Below are positions 49,701-58,338 of a stretch of 64,000 bases of DNA, piece after piece (position 1 is the first letter of the stretch; the number at the start of each line of letters is the position of its first letter). Source of the DNA: Planctomycetota bacterium (lineage in GTDB: Bacteria > Planctomycetota > GCA-002687715 > DRQF01). The notes below the pieces were generated by a model, which saw nothing but the letters and a program-made list of their open reading frames with translations, made no database searches and had not been told where the DNA came from. The stretch is from positions 16,099-80,098 of the forward strand of contig DRQF01000212.1 of the NCBI GenBank assembly GCA_011369445.1. The letters are read 5' to 3'. A program made the translations under genes and the position numbers.

Positions 49701-49807
49701 CCCTTGTCGAGAGAGATCACCTGCAGGAGGATCTGCGGGGCGGCAACGACGCCTGCCCACAAGACCAAAGCCCGTACTTGACGATCATCCCGAGCGTTAC
49801 GACCCAT
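46745..49807 (-). CDS. Hybrid sensor histidine kinase (TM-HAMP-PAS-GAF-HisKA-HATPase-REC-REC)
   Basis: H-box LSTTSHELRTPL. The G-boxes carry GSGLGLTIA, and two receiver-like C-terminal domains follow. A Cys-rich insertion (C-x2-C-x5-C-x5-C) sits in the GAF-like region. Confidence 0.85.
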   Translation of the reverse strand: MGRNARDDRQVRALVLWAGVVAAPQILLQVISLDKGPKWTLALICILAWPLLPIWVKNPRNKEQVGGPSPLSIRPYGVAALAGLTSAAVFLIGSHGTWLPAVSLGAVAVYIKVLDTIRDIEVRRAYAETVHEVADAARAIAEGQSNARLRLGDREEFRALVLSFNSMAERIALQKTEHAILAGVMDGSHDPVALIGTDRRIIYVNPAFTEAVQFTRLQLIGVEYEKLFNRTTAACAFTPVWKQVLSGEPWVGEVAMRARGDIRKDVLLVMSPIESDGEITQFLAIHRDLSVLKSLDIERSQLIDDLIRAHRVAQEVVGTLDIADLGARLSRVVREEFEASARVWLVGPGDSCEACRLASRCEDSSRCLRPTDAPLERLPWGIGIAGTAAKTGEVTAADDPILQYELFEHENEALHLDGGPRVGIPMHRNGALVGVFEIAIPRALDEGFLRTVQIIAQAIAAAIGNTQLHARVLAQSSHLERLTLELEAFASRKETMVETTRRLNKRLLEADRLKGRFLSTTSHELRTPLAGTLGFLRLVLDGMVDDRDEEMECVREAYACTLRLLKVVDDVLDISKVEAGRMRFHPERIDLTGVIEDIADAPPPLADGTTSRIRIEGGERVFVDVDMGQLRRALVHLVDNATKFSEGRPIDIAIQDLPGTGFAEVRITDMGIGLAREDAERVFEAFVQLDGGDTRSFGGSGLGLTIAQAMVRMMGGTIRLESDGPGRGTTAVVLLPASMEDVLPESFVRPVDERAGGPVVLLVDRPGPHVTGFAEAVKKAGGSLFIADCIPDAEEEARRLIPDIVVTEYLMPAPAGSPPQTGLDLINALSDVESLSSTAFVLWTGLPTDMSPLADEIACFDHLDVLKKPTVPQDIEATLKRHRVSLPSETPARILLIDDDPAMGQLVRRALGKEGFVVTHFMGDDTEDLEGSIRETDLILLDLLMPGLDPVQVVDILDASSTTPPPVIVLSSGAEPTGLAGALMERRDLVRSQLMKGWLRQAPHVLSRRAAAVLKTHRER

Positions 49808-50276
49808 GATCCATGCATCGGACAGATTGGAACCTCGCCATGAAGGAAGTCGAGACGGACGTGGGTTTTTGGCCTGCGCGGGCTTCTTCTCGGTGCTCCT
49901 GATCGTCGCGGCGGCCTCATCGTGCGGAACGGCGACGATCCGCGCCTACCACCCGGCGCCGCCCGAGAACGTGGATCTCGCGGCCTTCCAACCGTCCGAC
50001 ATTTCCTCCTGGGTCGACTCCCTGCTCTCTGCGAGCGAGGAGCCCGAGGACTCACAGGCCGCGCGCTTGCGCCGCACGGCGTTGCAGATCGAGTCGATCC
50101 TGGACAACGCCCCCTGTTTCCGCGGTGAATTGCGCAGGCGCGCGGAGGCTCTGAAGCTGGAGGCCATCGTCTATGCGGCCGAATACCCCGAGCACACCGA
50201 ATCCGATGCCGCGCGCGTTCGGCAGGCTCTCGGCTTTCTTCTCGAACCCCTCACGCCATCCGATCAGCGTCCATGA
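49806..50276 (+). CDS. Hypothetical lipoprotein
   Basis: Possible signal peptide plus lipobox (FFSVLLIVAAASSCG). The start is uncertain. Confidence 0.35.
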   Translation: MIHASDRLEPRHEGSRDGRGFLACAGFFSVLLIVAAASSCGTATIRAYHPAPPENVDLAAFQPSDISSWVDSLLSASEEPEDSQAARLRRTALQIESILDNAPCFRGELRRRAEALKLEAIVYAAEYPEHTESDAARVRQALGFLLEPLTPSDQRP

Positions 50277-50303
50277 TTCCACCCCGTCGAAGCGAGATCC
50301 TCG

Positions 50304-51458
50304 ATGCCACCTGACTCACGACCGATGACCTATGTAGAGACGCCTCGAGATCTTGAGCGTGCGGCGGCTCGCATGCACGGAGTCCAACGTCTGGCCGTCG
50401 ACACCGAGTCGAATTCGATGCATGCCTACCCGGAGCAGGTCTGCTTCGTTCAGATCCGCGCCGAAGACGACGTTTTCATCATCGACACGGTTCGCCTGAG
50501 AGACCTGTCTGCCTTGCAGTCTTGTTTCGGGGACCCATCCGTCGAGAAGATCCTGCATGGGGCCGACTACGATGTCGTGTGCCTGGCACGCGATTTCGGT
50601 CTGCGATTCTCCGGGCTCTACGACACGATGCTCGCCGCACAGTTTCTTGGAATGGAACGTCTTGGGCTCGCCTCGCTGTGTTCCCACTACTTCGGCGTGG
50701 AACTGGACAAGAGTCTGACTCGCCACGACTGGGGGCTTCGTCCCATCGATCCCCCCTACCTCCAATACATGTGCGAAGACGTCCTCTATCTGGCGCAACT
50801 GCGCGACATCCTCCAAGAGCAGGTCAAGGATGCGGGGATCGAAGAGGAGCTTGCTCTCGAGTTCCAGCGCGTGGAGAAGCTCGAATGGTCTCCGAAGGGG
50901 TTCGATCCGGAGGGGTGGCGGCGCATCAAGGGAGCCAAGGACTTGGACGAAGAGGCGCGGCGCGTCATGGTGGAGTTGTTTCGTCTTCGCGAAGAATTGG
51001 CTCTCGAGAGGGGCGTGCCACCGTATCGAATCCTTCGCAACGAGGTCATGCTATCGCTGGCTCGCAATCGACGTGCGCGCAGGGGAGACTTGAAGGGGTT
51101 CAAGAGCTTGAAGCGAGGCTTTTTGAATCGCTACGAGAAAAGGCTCCTCGCCGCTCTCCGCCGTGCTCGCGATGCCGAACCGGTCTCGGCGTTGGGGCCA
51201 CGGAAGACGCAGAAACGTCCCCGGGCTGAGGTCCGTCGAGAGGATGCGCTGCGCCGCTGGCGAAAGGAGGAGGCCCAGCGTCGAGGTGTCGTGACCATGG
51301 TCGTCCTGCCGAACCACGTTCTTGTTGATCTGGTCGCCGAACCGCCGGATACCCTGGACGCGTTGAAACGATTCCCCTACCTGGGGGAGAATCGCCGGGA
51401 GCGCTACGGTTCGGAGATTCTCGAGGTCCTGCGGGCCGCCGACTCTTCATCACGCTGA
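50304..51458 (+). CDS. rnd: Ribonuclease D (DEDDy 3'-5' exonuclease + HRDC)
   Basis: LAVDTESNS, HGADYD and YMCEDVLYL exonuclease motifs, followed by an HRDC-like domain. Confidence 0.8.
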   Translation: MPPDSRPMTYVETPRDLERAAARMHGVQRLAVDTESNSMHAYPEQVCFVQIRAEDDVFIIDTVRLRDLSALQSCFGDPSVEKILHGADYDVVCLARDFGLRFSGLYDTMLAAQFLGMERLGLASLCSHYFGVELDKSLTRHDWGLRPIDPPYLQYMCEDVLYLAQLRDILQEQVKDAGIEEELALEFQRVEKLEWSPKGFDPEGWRRIKGAKDLDEEARRVMVELFRLREELALERGVPPYRILRNEVMLSLARNRRARRGDLKGFKSLKRGFLNRYEKRLLAALRRARDAEPVSALGPRKTQKRPRAEVRREDALRRWRKEEAQRRGVVTMVVLPNHVLVDLVAEPPDTLDALKRFPYLGENRRERYGSEILEVLRAADSSSR

Positions 51459-54379
51459 TCACTCGAGAAGGACTCCAGCTCATCGAGTTTCTGACTGAGT
51501 TCCTGCATGCCGAATGGCTTCCTGAGGATGGCCACTCCGTGGGTGCCCGTAAACTCGGCCAGCTCCTCGGTGGGGTCGTGGCCAGTGACGAAGAGGAAGG
51601 GCATGGAGGTCCCCGTCGCCAGCACGTGCCGGTAGAAGTCCAATCCCGTCATGCCCGGCATGGACACATCCACGACAGCCGCGTCGAAGGGTGGATGGGA
51701 TGCCATGCACGCGATGGCCTCGCGACCACCGCTGCAGGCCACGGTCTCGCGACCTAGTCTCTTCAACATCTCGAACGTGACGAGCCGGACGGAATGCTCG
51801 TCTTCAACGAGGAGAATGCGCCTCAAACGATGGGCAGCTGTCGTCTTCGGCGCCGGGGGGAACGGTGTGGATTCGGTGACATCGACGAGGGGAAGCTCGA
51901 CGCGGAAGACCGCACCCTCTCCCGGGGCGCTCTTCACAGTGATGCTTCCCTCCAGCTGGGTCACGATGCCGTAGGCGACCGAAAGCCCGAGTCCCGTTCC
52001 CTTGCCGACCCCCTTCGTCGTGAAGAAGGGCTCGAAGATCATCTTTTGCATCTCGGGGTCGATGCCCATTCCGTCGTCGCGCACTTCGATGATCGCGTGA
52101 GGGCGGGTCCGGTCGCTTCCGGTTGCAAGTCTTGCCTCCAGCTGGATGACCCCTTGGCCCCCCGTGGCGTCGACAGCGTTCACCAGGAGGTTCGTCGCCA
52201 CCTGCATGAGTTGTCCCCGCGGGGCCATCACGTACAGCGGACTCTCCGCCGTGCGGCCCTCGAGGACGATTCCGTCCGGGAGCAGGCGGCGCATGACGCT
52301 GGCCGCGTCGCGAACAACCTGGTTGACGTCGATGATACATTGCTCCAGAGGTTGACGATGCGTGAACGCGAGGAGCTGGCGCGTGAGCCCGGATGCGTTG
52401 CGCGCGGTGGAAACGATGCTTTCGGCAAGTTCCCGAGCGTGCGGGGCCACCTGGTCGAGCAAGAGTTCACCGCTGCCGAGGATCGACGTCAACAGATTGT
52501 TGAAGTCATGGGCGATGCCTCCGGCCAGCCGGCCGAGAGCCTCGAGTTTCTGGCTGCGCTGCATCGCCTCCTCGGCCGCGCTGAGGGCGGATGCGCTCAC
52601 TTCACGTTCGAGGATTCCGGCGAGAGTCCCCGCGACCGACTCGATGAAGACCTCAAGGAGTCGGCCCCGGCGCCGGGGCTCGCTCACCTGGACGCGAAGT
52701 TCTCCGAGGAGGCCGCCGCCGCCGCGAATGGGGACGCAGAGCGACCCTGGTTCGTCGTCGAGGGGCAGGGCATTCTCCGGGACGGTGAGGATCTCTCTCC
52801 TCGTATCATCCTGCGGCGACAGCGTCAGCGAGATCTTGCCGCCCCCTGAAAAAACCGGTGCGGTGCGGATGCATTCGAGGATTTCTCTCATGCGTTTCTC
52901 GAAGGAATCGGGCGAAAGGGAGATCCGCAGGATGCGATTCATCAGCTCCTGAATGGACAAGCTGCGAGCCAACCTCTCTTCCGCATCCAGTCGCATCAAT
53001 TCGCCCGCCGCCCTTCGTGCGAAGACCTCGAGGAGGTCCTGAATCAATGTTTCGTCGAAGAAGTGCCCGTCGTGAAGGACGCAGAGGTGCCCGATGGGGT
53101 GGCCCTGGCCGTCCACGAGAACACGACCGGCATAGGCGTCGGCGTTCAGCAGGACGAGCTCCTTGTCCTCGGGAAACATCTTCTGAACGTTCGAGCGGAC
53201 GAAGAAGGCTCCCTGCTCGATGGCGGCTTCGCATGGCGTTCCCGCTAAGGGATACGGATGGCCCGTAAGGTTTCTTCCACGAGAATAGAAAGCGAGAGGG
53301 TGCGCCATGCTCATGTCGTTGCTGATCCGGCAGACGAGGGCGTAGGACACGCCCAGACTGTCGCAGAGCTGGCGAGTGAGGGCCGCGAAGAAGTCTGTTC
53401 CCGTTTCCTGGGCGGTTCCGGACAGTAGGTCCTTCATCGCCCCCTCGGCCCTCGTGCGGGCTCGGTCCAGTCGGAGTCGATCGATGGCGGCGGCCGCCTG
53501 GGCCACGAGTGCGCCCGCGAACTGAAGCCCGTCCGTGTCGGGGACGCGCGGTCCCTCGGAAACGAGGGTTCCGAAGCTCATGACGATGAGGCCGCCATTG
53601 CGCGTTCGTGCAGAGACATGGATCATCGAGACCAGCTTGAGGCGCTTCGCATAGTCCTTGTTGGTCCGCGGGTCCGTGCGGGCATCCTCCACGACGATGG
53701 GGGACTGACCGCTCGCCAAGTCGCGGACGATCTGGCTCGCCGTGAGGGGGATCTTGCGGATATCGGAGTTGAGCCGGAGGTCGGGATTCACACTTCGGAT
53801 GGCGATCCGAACGCACTCGGTGGCCTGCGGCGGGAAATCGAAGAGCGAACAGTGGGCGTACGAGAGCACTTCGTGGATCTGCCGTGCAACCGCGTCTGCG
53901 ACGGCCTCCTCGGTTTCCGCGCGTTCCAACTCCTTGGAGAGTCGTAGCAGCGCCTGGGCATGAATCGTTCGCCTGGCCAATTCTTCTTCCATCCGGGCCT
54001 GCTGGGCGTGGTCTCTGACGTTGGCGACGACCACCTCGCGTCCGGCGACCCGGCAGCGTCGGGCCAAGAAGGCGACGGGGCGCAGCGAGCCTTTGGACTG
54101 ATTCCCCATGGAGAGCCCGATTCCGGTTGCAAACCCCTGTTCGGTCACGTTGCGAAGAATGCGCTCGGCCAACTCCCTTTCAGCCGGCGGATGGACGGTC
54201 ACGATCGGCTGGCCAATGAGATCCGCCGCATCGCGTTCCGCGAGATCGCAGAAGGACGGATTGCACGTCACGATCTTCCCCGTCTCGCAGTCGACGACGA
54301 CGATTCCATCCGGGGCCTCGAGGAAAAGGTCCCGCGCGGCGCGAGGGTCCAGGTCGGGAAGGGACTCCATGGAGCACAT
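51404..54379 (-). CDS. Hybrid sensor histidine kinase (PAS/GAF repeats-HisKA-HATPase-REC)
   Basis: H-box in HDFNNLLT, G-boxes GTGLGLSVAYGI, and a C-terminal receiver (ILLVEDE...VDVSMPGMTG). Confidence 0.85.
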   Translation of the reverse strand: MCSMESLPDLDPRAARDLFLEAPDGIVVVDCETGKIVTCNPSFCDLAERDAADLIGQPIVTVHPPAERELAERILRNVTEQGFATGIGLSMGNQSKGSLRPVAFLARRCRVAGREVVVANVRDHAQQARMEEELARRTIHAQALLRLSKELERAETEEAVADAVARQIHEVLSYAHCSLFDFPPQATECVRIAIRSVNPDLRLNSDIRKIPLTASQIVRDLASGQSPIVVEDARTDPRTNKDYAKRLKLVSMIHVSARTRNGGLIVMSFGTLVSEGPRVPDTDGLQFAGALVAQAAAAIDRLRLDRARTRAEGAMKDLLSGTAQETGTDFFAALTRQLCDSLGVSYALVCRISNDMSMAHPLAFYSRGRNLTGHPYPLAGTPCEAAIEQGAFFVRSNVQKMFPEDKELVLLNADAYAGRVLVDGQGHPIGHLCVLHDGHFFDETLIQDLLEVFARRAAGELMRLDAEERLARSLSIQELMNRILRISLSPDSFEKRMREILECIRTAPVFSGGGKISLTLSPQDDTRREILTVPENALPLDDEPGSLCVPIRGGGGLLGELRVQVSEPRRRGRLLEVFIESVAGTLAGILEREVSASALSAAEEAMQRSQKLEALGRLAGGIAHDFNNLLTSILGSGELLLDQVAPHARELAESIVSTARNASGLTRQLLAFTHRQPLEQCIIDVNQVVRDAASVMRRLLPDGIVLEGRTAESPLYVMAPRGQLMQVATNLLVNAVDATGGQGVIQLEARLATGSDRTRPHAIIEVRDDGMGIDPEMQKMIFEPFFTTKGVGKGTGLGLSVAYGIVTQLEGSITVKSAPGEGAVFRVELPLVDVTESTPFPPAPKTTAAHRLRRILLVEDEHSVRLVTFEMLKRLGRETVACSGGREAIACMASHPPFDAAVVDVSMPGMTGLDFYRHVLATGTSMPFLFVTGHDPTEELAEFTGTHGVAILRKPFGMQELSQKLDELESFSSDQRDEESAARRTSRISEP

Positions 54380-54421
54380 GGCCGAATTATAGGGCTTCGA
54401 ACGAGTTCTGCAGTTGCGGTC

Positions 54422-56755
54422 CTAACGGGCGATGTAAGTGCCGCCGCTCAGGTCGGCCAGCGCCTTCATGAATCCGGCATTGTGGCCGCGACCGACGCCG
54501 ATGGTGTGGATCTGCACCCTCTTCAACCGATTGAGCCGGCGGATTTCTCGTACGATATCCTGAGGGCTGGTGACGCGCCCACGGTTGGGCTGGCCGTCCG
54601 AGAGGAAGAAGATCGTGTCCAAAGCCACCTGATAGTCCTTGTCCTTGGAGCCTCGCCCAGCCAGCTCGAAGGCCTTCACGAGCGGGTCGTAGATATTCGT
54701 GGCTCCGTTGGCTTCGACTTGGGCGACCCATGCCTTGGCTTCCGCTTTGATGGCGGGCGTGGCCTGGACGAGACGCTTCTTCCAGAGCTTGTAGTCGCTC
54801 GAATAGAAGATGATGTTGAACCAAGCGCCCTTCGGAAGCGAAGTGATGGCCTGAGTGAGCTGCTCCTTCGCCACGTCGATCTTTCTCTTCGACCCTCCGG
54901 CATAGTCGGCGGGCTCATTCATGCTGCCGCTCACATCGAGAACGAAAGCCAGCCGTTTGGACCAGGTCTTGATGCCATAGAAGGTCGTTCCGGAGGGATT
55001 CTCCTGGGAGGCCTTCTTGGCCGCTTCCTCCTCCGGTGTGTCGGCGTCGTTTTCACCTTTGAAACTTGAAGCGTTGCTTTTCCACCATGCTGCCCAGGCC
55101 TGGAAATCACTCCCTTTGCTCTCCCCGACCAGATCTTCCAATCGGGAGAGGATGGTCTGGGTGATCTCGGCGGAGCCGGGCGCCTCCTTGCGGCTTTGGA
55201 TCTCGCCCAAGGCGCGGATCAAAGACCTTACTCCCACACGGTCCTTGCGCTCCGCCAGTGCCCGGACGGCCGCTTCGAGAAGGGCCGGTTCATCGTCATA
55301 CTCGAAGAGTGAAACCAAGGTCGAAGCCGCAGTCGGAGTCCGAACGAACCCCAAGGCTTCGATGGCCGCCCGTCGATCTCCCTTCTTCCAAGGGTCGATG
55401 GTGCTCTTGCGTTTCGCCCAGGTCGTGAGGAGTTTTTCGGCCCGTTCCCCGCCAACCCGGCCCATCACGTGGATCAGGAGGCGTCGAGACGGGGGCGCCT
55501 TCAGGTCCTCGAGCGGTTCGAGGATGAGCTTCTCGAGGGCGCGCTTGCGAATGTCTTTGTCTCGGCTCGCAATGGCTCGGCCGATCGCATCCTCGAGAGC
55601 GTCGGTTTCCTGGACCGCGGCGTCGACGCCACCCGCATTCTTTCCGCCAGGTTCGACGGGCGCGCTGTCCTCCGGATCCTTCCGGGGGAGTCCTTGGCCT
55701 TGAACGGGGACGCCAATGCCCCGCCGTTCGAGTGTCTTGCGCACCGCGAGGAGAAATCCCGTCTTGGCCATGGCCTCCAGGCCCTCCCCGCGTTCAGCGG
55801 GATTGTCGGAGGAGAGCCGTTCGAGCATTGTGCGGTACGCCGCCTCGTTCTCCTTCCACCATCCGGCCCAGACGGCTGCGTTGTCGTGGCGGTTGATGCC
55901 GGTCAAGGCCTTCAAGGCCTCCAGCATGTCTCCCTTGAGCCGGCCAGGCTCTTCCCCGAGTTGCCGAATGAGCCTGGGGATGGCGTCGATGTCACCCAGC
56001 TTTCGGAGCGCCTGGGCCGCCGCCGCGCGGACCTGCCAGTACTCGTCATCCAGGGCCAGCATCGCGGCTCGAGACGCCTGGGGGTCACCGATGTCCGCCA
56101 AGGCCTCGAGGGCCAGCACGCGATGTTCCGGCCGCGTGCTCGTCGTGACGATTCCCAAGAGGGCGGCGCTTGCCTCCGCCGTGCGCAAATGGCCCAGCAT
56201 GTCCAGATAGAGTTCCTGGTCGTGAGGCTTCTTGGCGCGCTCGAAGAGCTTCAACAGCCGTTGCGTCTGCTCCAGTCGGGCCTCCGTCGGCATGCGTCCG
56301 ACGGCGTCCCCCACGGCGTCGAGAAGGGCATTCCTTGTCCTCAACTCGAGGCGCCACGCTTTCTCCTTGGGAGCCATTTTGGCGCTGATCTCGTCCATGG
56401 CCTTCATGAGGTTCTCGACCGAGCCCAAAGAGACCGAGCTCTTTCCGCCGAAGCGTTTGTCGATCTTGGCGGCGATCTTCTTTCGCTGCTTGCGGAGGGG
56501 CTTGAGGCCCGCCTGGACCTTCTGGAGATTCTTGTCGACCACGTGAACCGCCGTCATCAGAGCGTCCATCGTCTTCGGGTGGCCAGTTTCCACCAAGGCG
56601 TCGATGGCGGCCTTTCGTTTGGCCCACGTGCCCTTCTTGACCATCTTGACGAGGTACTGGCGCGCCTTGGAAAAACCACGCTCGTCCTGGGGAGACGCGG
56701 CGAAGGCGGGGGCGACCGCCAGAGCGAGAGTTGCGAATAGGCAGAGTTTTTTCAT
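54422..56755 (-). CDS. Secreted HEAT-repeat protein with a C-terminal von Willebrand factor A domain
   Basis: Signal peptide (MKKLCLFATLALAVAPAFA). PBS-lyase/HEAT-like repeats are present (LGDIDAIPRLIRQL and similar). A vWA MIDAS motif (VLDVSGSM) lies near the C-terminus. The 200-aa upstream extension of the ORF is rejected. Confidence 0.65.
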   Translation of the reverse strand: MKKLCLFATLALAVAPAFAASPQDERGFSKARQYLVKMVKKGTWAKRKAAIDALVETGHPKTMDALMTAVHVVDKNLQKVQAGLKPLRKQRKKIAAKIDKRFGGKSSVSLGSVENLMKAMDEISAKMAPKEKAWRLELRTRNALLDAVGDAVGRMPTEARLEQTQRLLKLFERAKKPHDQELYLDMLGHLRTAEASAALLGIVTTSTRPEHRVLALEALADIGDPQASRAAMLALDDEYWQVRAAAAQALRKLGDIDAIPRLIRQLGEEPGRLKGDMLEALKALTGINRHDNAAVWAGWWKENEAAYRTMLERLSSDNPAERGEGLEAMAKTGFLLAVRKTLERRGIGVPVQGQGLPRKDPEDSAPVEPGGKNAGGVDAAVQETDALEDAIGRAIASRDKDIRKRALEKLILEPLEDLKAPPSRRLLIHVMGRVGGERAEKLLTTWAKRKSTIDPWKKGDRRAAIEALGFVRTPTAASTLVSLFEYDDEPALLEAAVRALAERKDRVGVRSLIRALGEIQSRKEAPGSAEITQTILSRLEDLVGESKGSDFQAWAAWWKSNASSFKGENDADTPEEEAAKKASQENPSGTTFYGIKTWSKRLAFVLDVSGSMNEPADYAGGSKRKIDVAKEQLTQAITSLPKGAWFNIIFYSSDYKLWKKRLVQATPAIKAEAKAWVAQVEANGATNIYDPLVKAFELAGRGSKDKDYQVALDTIFFLSDGQPNRGRVTSPQDIVREIRRLNRLKRVQIHTIGVGRGHNAGFMKALADLSGGTYIAR

Positions 56756-56887
56756 GAATACGCCGTCTCTTACGATGGCCGGAGTCCGGTGTGGGTACGA
56801 AAGGATATCACATCGGCCGGAAGGCCGGTAGAATCGTCTCATTGGCTCGGCCGCGTCGTGGCCGGCTGGGACCGCAGGAGGACACTC

Positions 56888-57406
56888 ATGGCCCGAAAGA
56901 ACAGTGGGCGTGGCAGGTCGTTTTCGAGCCGATTGAAGCGAATCTTGTTGCTGAATCTCGTGCCTCTCGCCGGACTTGGGGCCCTCCTTTGGGGGGTGGC
57001 CAGCGACCGGATCGACCTGGACGCCCTGCCCCGAGGTCTCGATCGGAATCTCATTCACCTGGGCGTTCTGATCGGATTCCTCTTCCTCACGGTGGGGCTG
57101 CTCCTGCCTTTCAGCCACACCCTCGCCTCCGCCGCCCACCGAAGGTTGAAGGTTTCCCAGGTCATGAGGAGCGAAGGGGGCGCCTTGCGTCTCGCTTGGG
57201 AATCCCTGCTGTGGGCCCCGCTCACCCTGTTCCATGGAGTGTTCGCAGCCCTCCGATTCGTGGGCTACATCCTCGCTTTCGGATTGATCGCGGCGTCGTT
57301 GATCCTCATCGCCCGGTTCTTTCAGCCAGACCTCCTGGAGTCCCAGCTTCATCTGAACGACTGGTTCGCGCGCGGAGAGGAATGGCTGAGGTCGCTCGCG
57401 ACTTGA
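56888..57406 (+). CDS. Hypothetical integral membrane protein
   Basis: Three or four hydrophobic helices and no recognisable motif. Confidence 0.4.
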   Translation: MARKNSGRGRSFSSRLKRILLLNLVPLAGLGALLWGVASDRIDLDALPRGLDRNLIHLGVLIGFLFLTVGLLLPFSHTLASAAHRRLKVSQVMRSEGGALRLAWESLLWAPLTLFHGVFAALRFVGYILAFGLIAASLILIARFFQPDLLESQLHLNDWFARGEEWLRSLAT

Positions 57407-57409
57407 AGT

Positions 57410-58186
57410 TCAGGGGCTTCGGCGCGCCAAGCGATGTGCCGCGTAGTCGTAGTGGTGTGCCGGGCTCTGGTAGAGCCGTCCCCAGCGCCAGCACTTCGCG
57501 ACGATGGACGTGGGAACTTTTTTGCCATCGAGAATTTTCCCGTCGATGTCCTCCACGGTCGTTGCGTCCTTGATGGCCAAGTCCTCCGACGGAGGCTGAG
57601 TCTCGATGTGGCCGTCGAGGAGAATGTAGCGGTCTCCATCGTAGAAGAGGACGGAGAACTTCCACCGCTCGCGGTGCGGGTTGCCGAGGGAGAGCCAGTG
57701 GACCGACGGATAGCTGTCCATGTCGATGGCGACGAGTTCGAGCTCACGCATCGTCTTGGCCGGGGAACCCACCGACTGGAGGAAGTCCGCCATGCCATCC
57801 TCGATGGCGCTCACCTTGCCGGTCAAGTGGCTGCGGGTCGCTTCGTCCACGAAGGGACTCATGAGAGCGCCGTCTCGATCCCCCTGGATCCACGACGTCA
57901 AGAACGTTGCGGCCGCGCGTTGGCGCATTTCGATGGCGAGTTTCTCCTCTCGCCGTCGGATCTGGTGGAGATAATCGAACGTCGAGAGCGCGGTCGTCAC
58001 CATGAGCGTGACGATCATGAAGGTGACGGTCCCGCGCGTGAAGAGTCGAAGGCGGCGTTGGAGGAATCGGAGGACCCAGAAGGCGACGATGCCCCCGGCG
58101 ACGACCAGGGCCGCGAGGAGGAGGAGTCCCGCCAAACTGAATGTTGAGGTGGATTGCATTCCGGTTCCCGTGAGAGAGGCCGCCAT
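57410..58186 (-). CDS. Hypothetical membrane protein
   Basis: N-terminal TM helices and a soluble C-terminal domain with no motif I recognise. Confidence 0.4.
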   Translation of the reverse strand: MAASLTGTGMQSTSTFSLAGLLLLAALVVAGGIVAFWVLRFLQRRLRLFTRGTVTFMIVTLMVTTALSTFDYLHQIRRREEKLAIEMRQRAAATFLTSWIQGDRDGALMSPFVDEATRSHLTGKVSAIEDGMADFLQSVGSPAKTMRELELVAIDMDSYPSVHWLSLGNPHRERWKFSVLFYDGDRYILLDGHIETQPPSEDLAIKDATTVEDIDGKILDGKKVPTSIVAKCWRWGRLYQSPAHHYDYAAHRLARRSP

Positions 58187-58338
58187 GGCCTATCCATGGC
58201 GACGGGACACTATTCGCCCATTGTATCCCCCTATTTCCCCTCGGACTGTGACGACTGTAAGTGTTGTGTGCGCAGGGGCTTCGGTATTATCGGGGGGGCG
58301 AGGGGGTGCCGTCTTGCCGCTGCGCACCGGTGACCGGT

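Noticed and set aside
55469-56740. 423-aa plus-strand ORF antisense to the HEAT/vWA gene
   Set aside because: Low-complexity translation. The minus-strand frame has a signal peptide and a vWA MIDAS motif.
56756-57352. 200-aa N-terminal extension of ORF 54422..57352
   Set aside because: The acidic, Gln-rich extension precedes an obvious signal peptide (MKKLCLFATLALAVAPAFA). It also overlaps the plus-strand membrane-protein gene, so the internal ATG at ~56755 is preferred.
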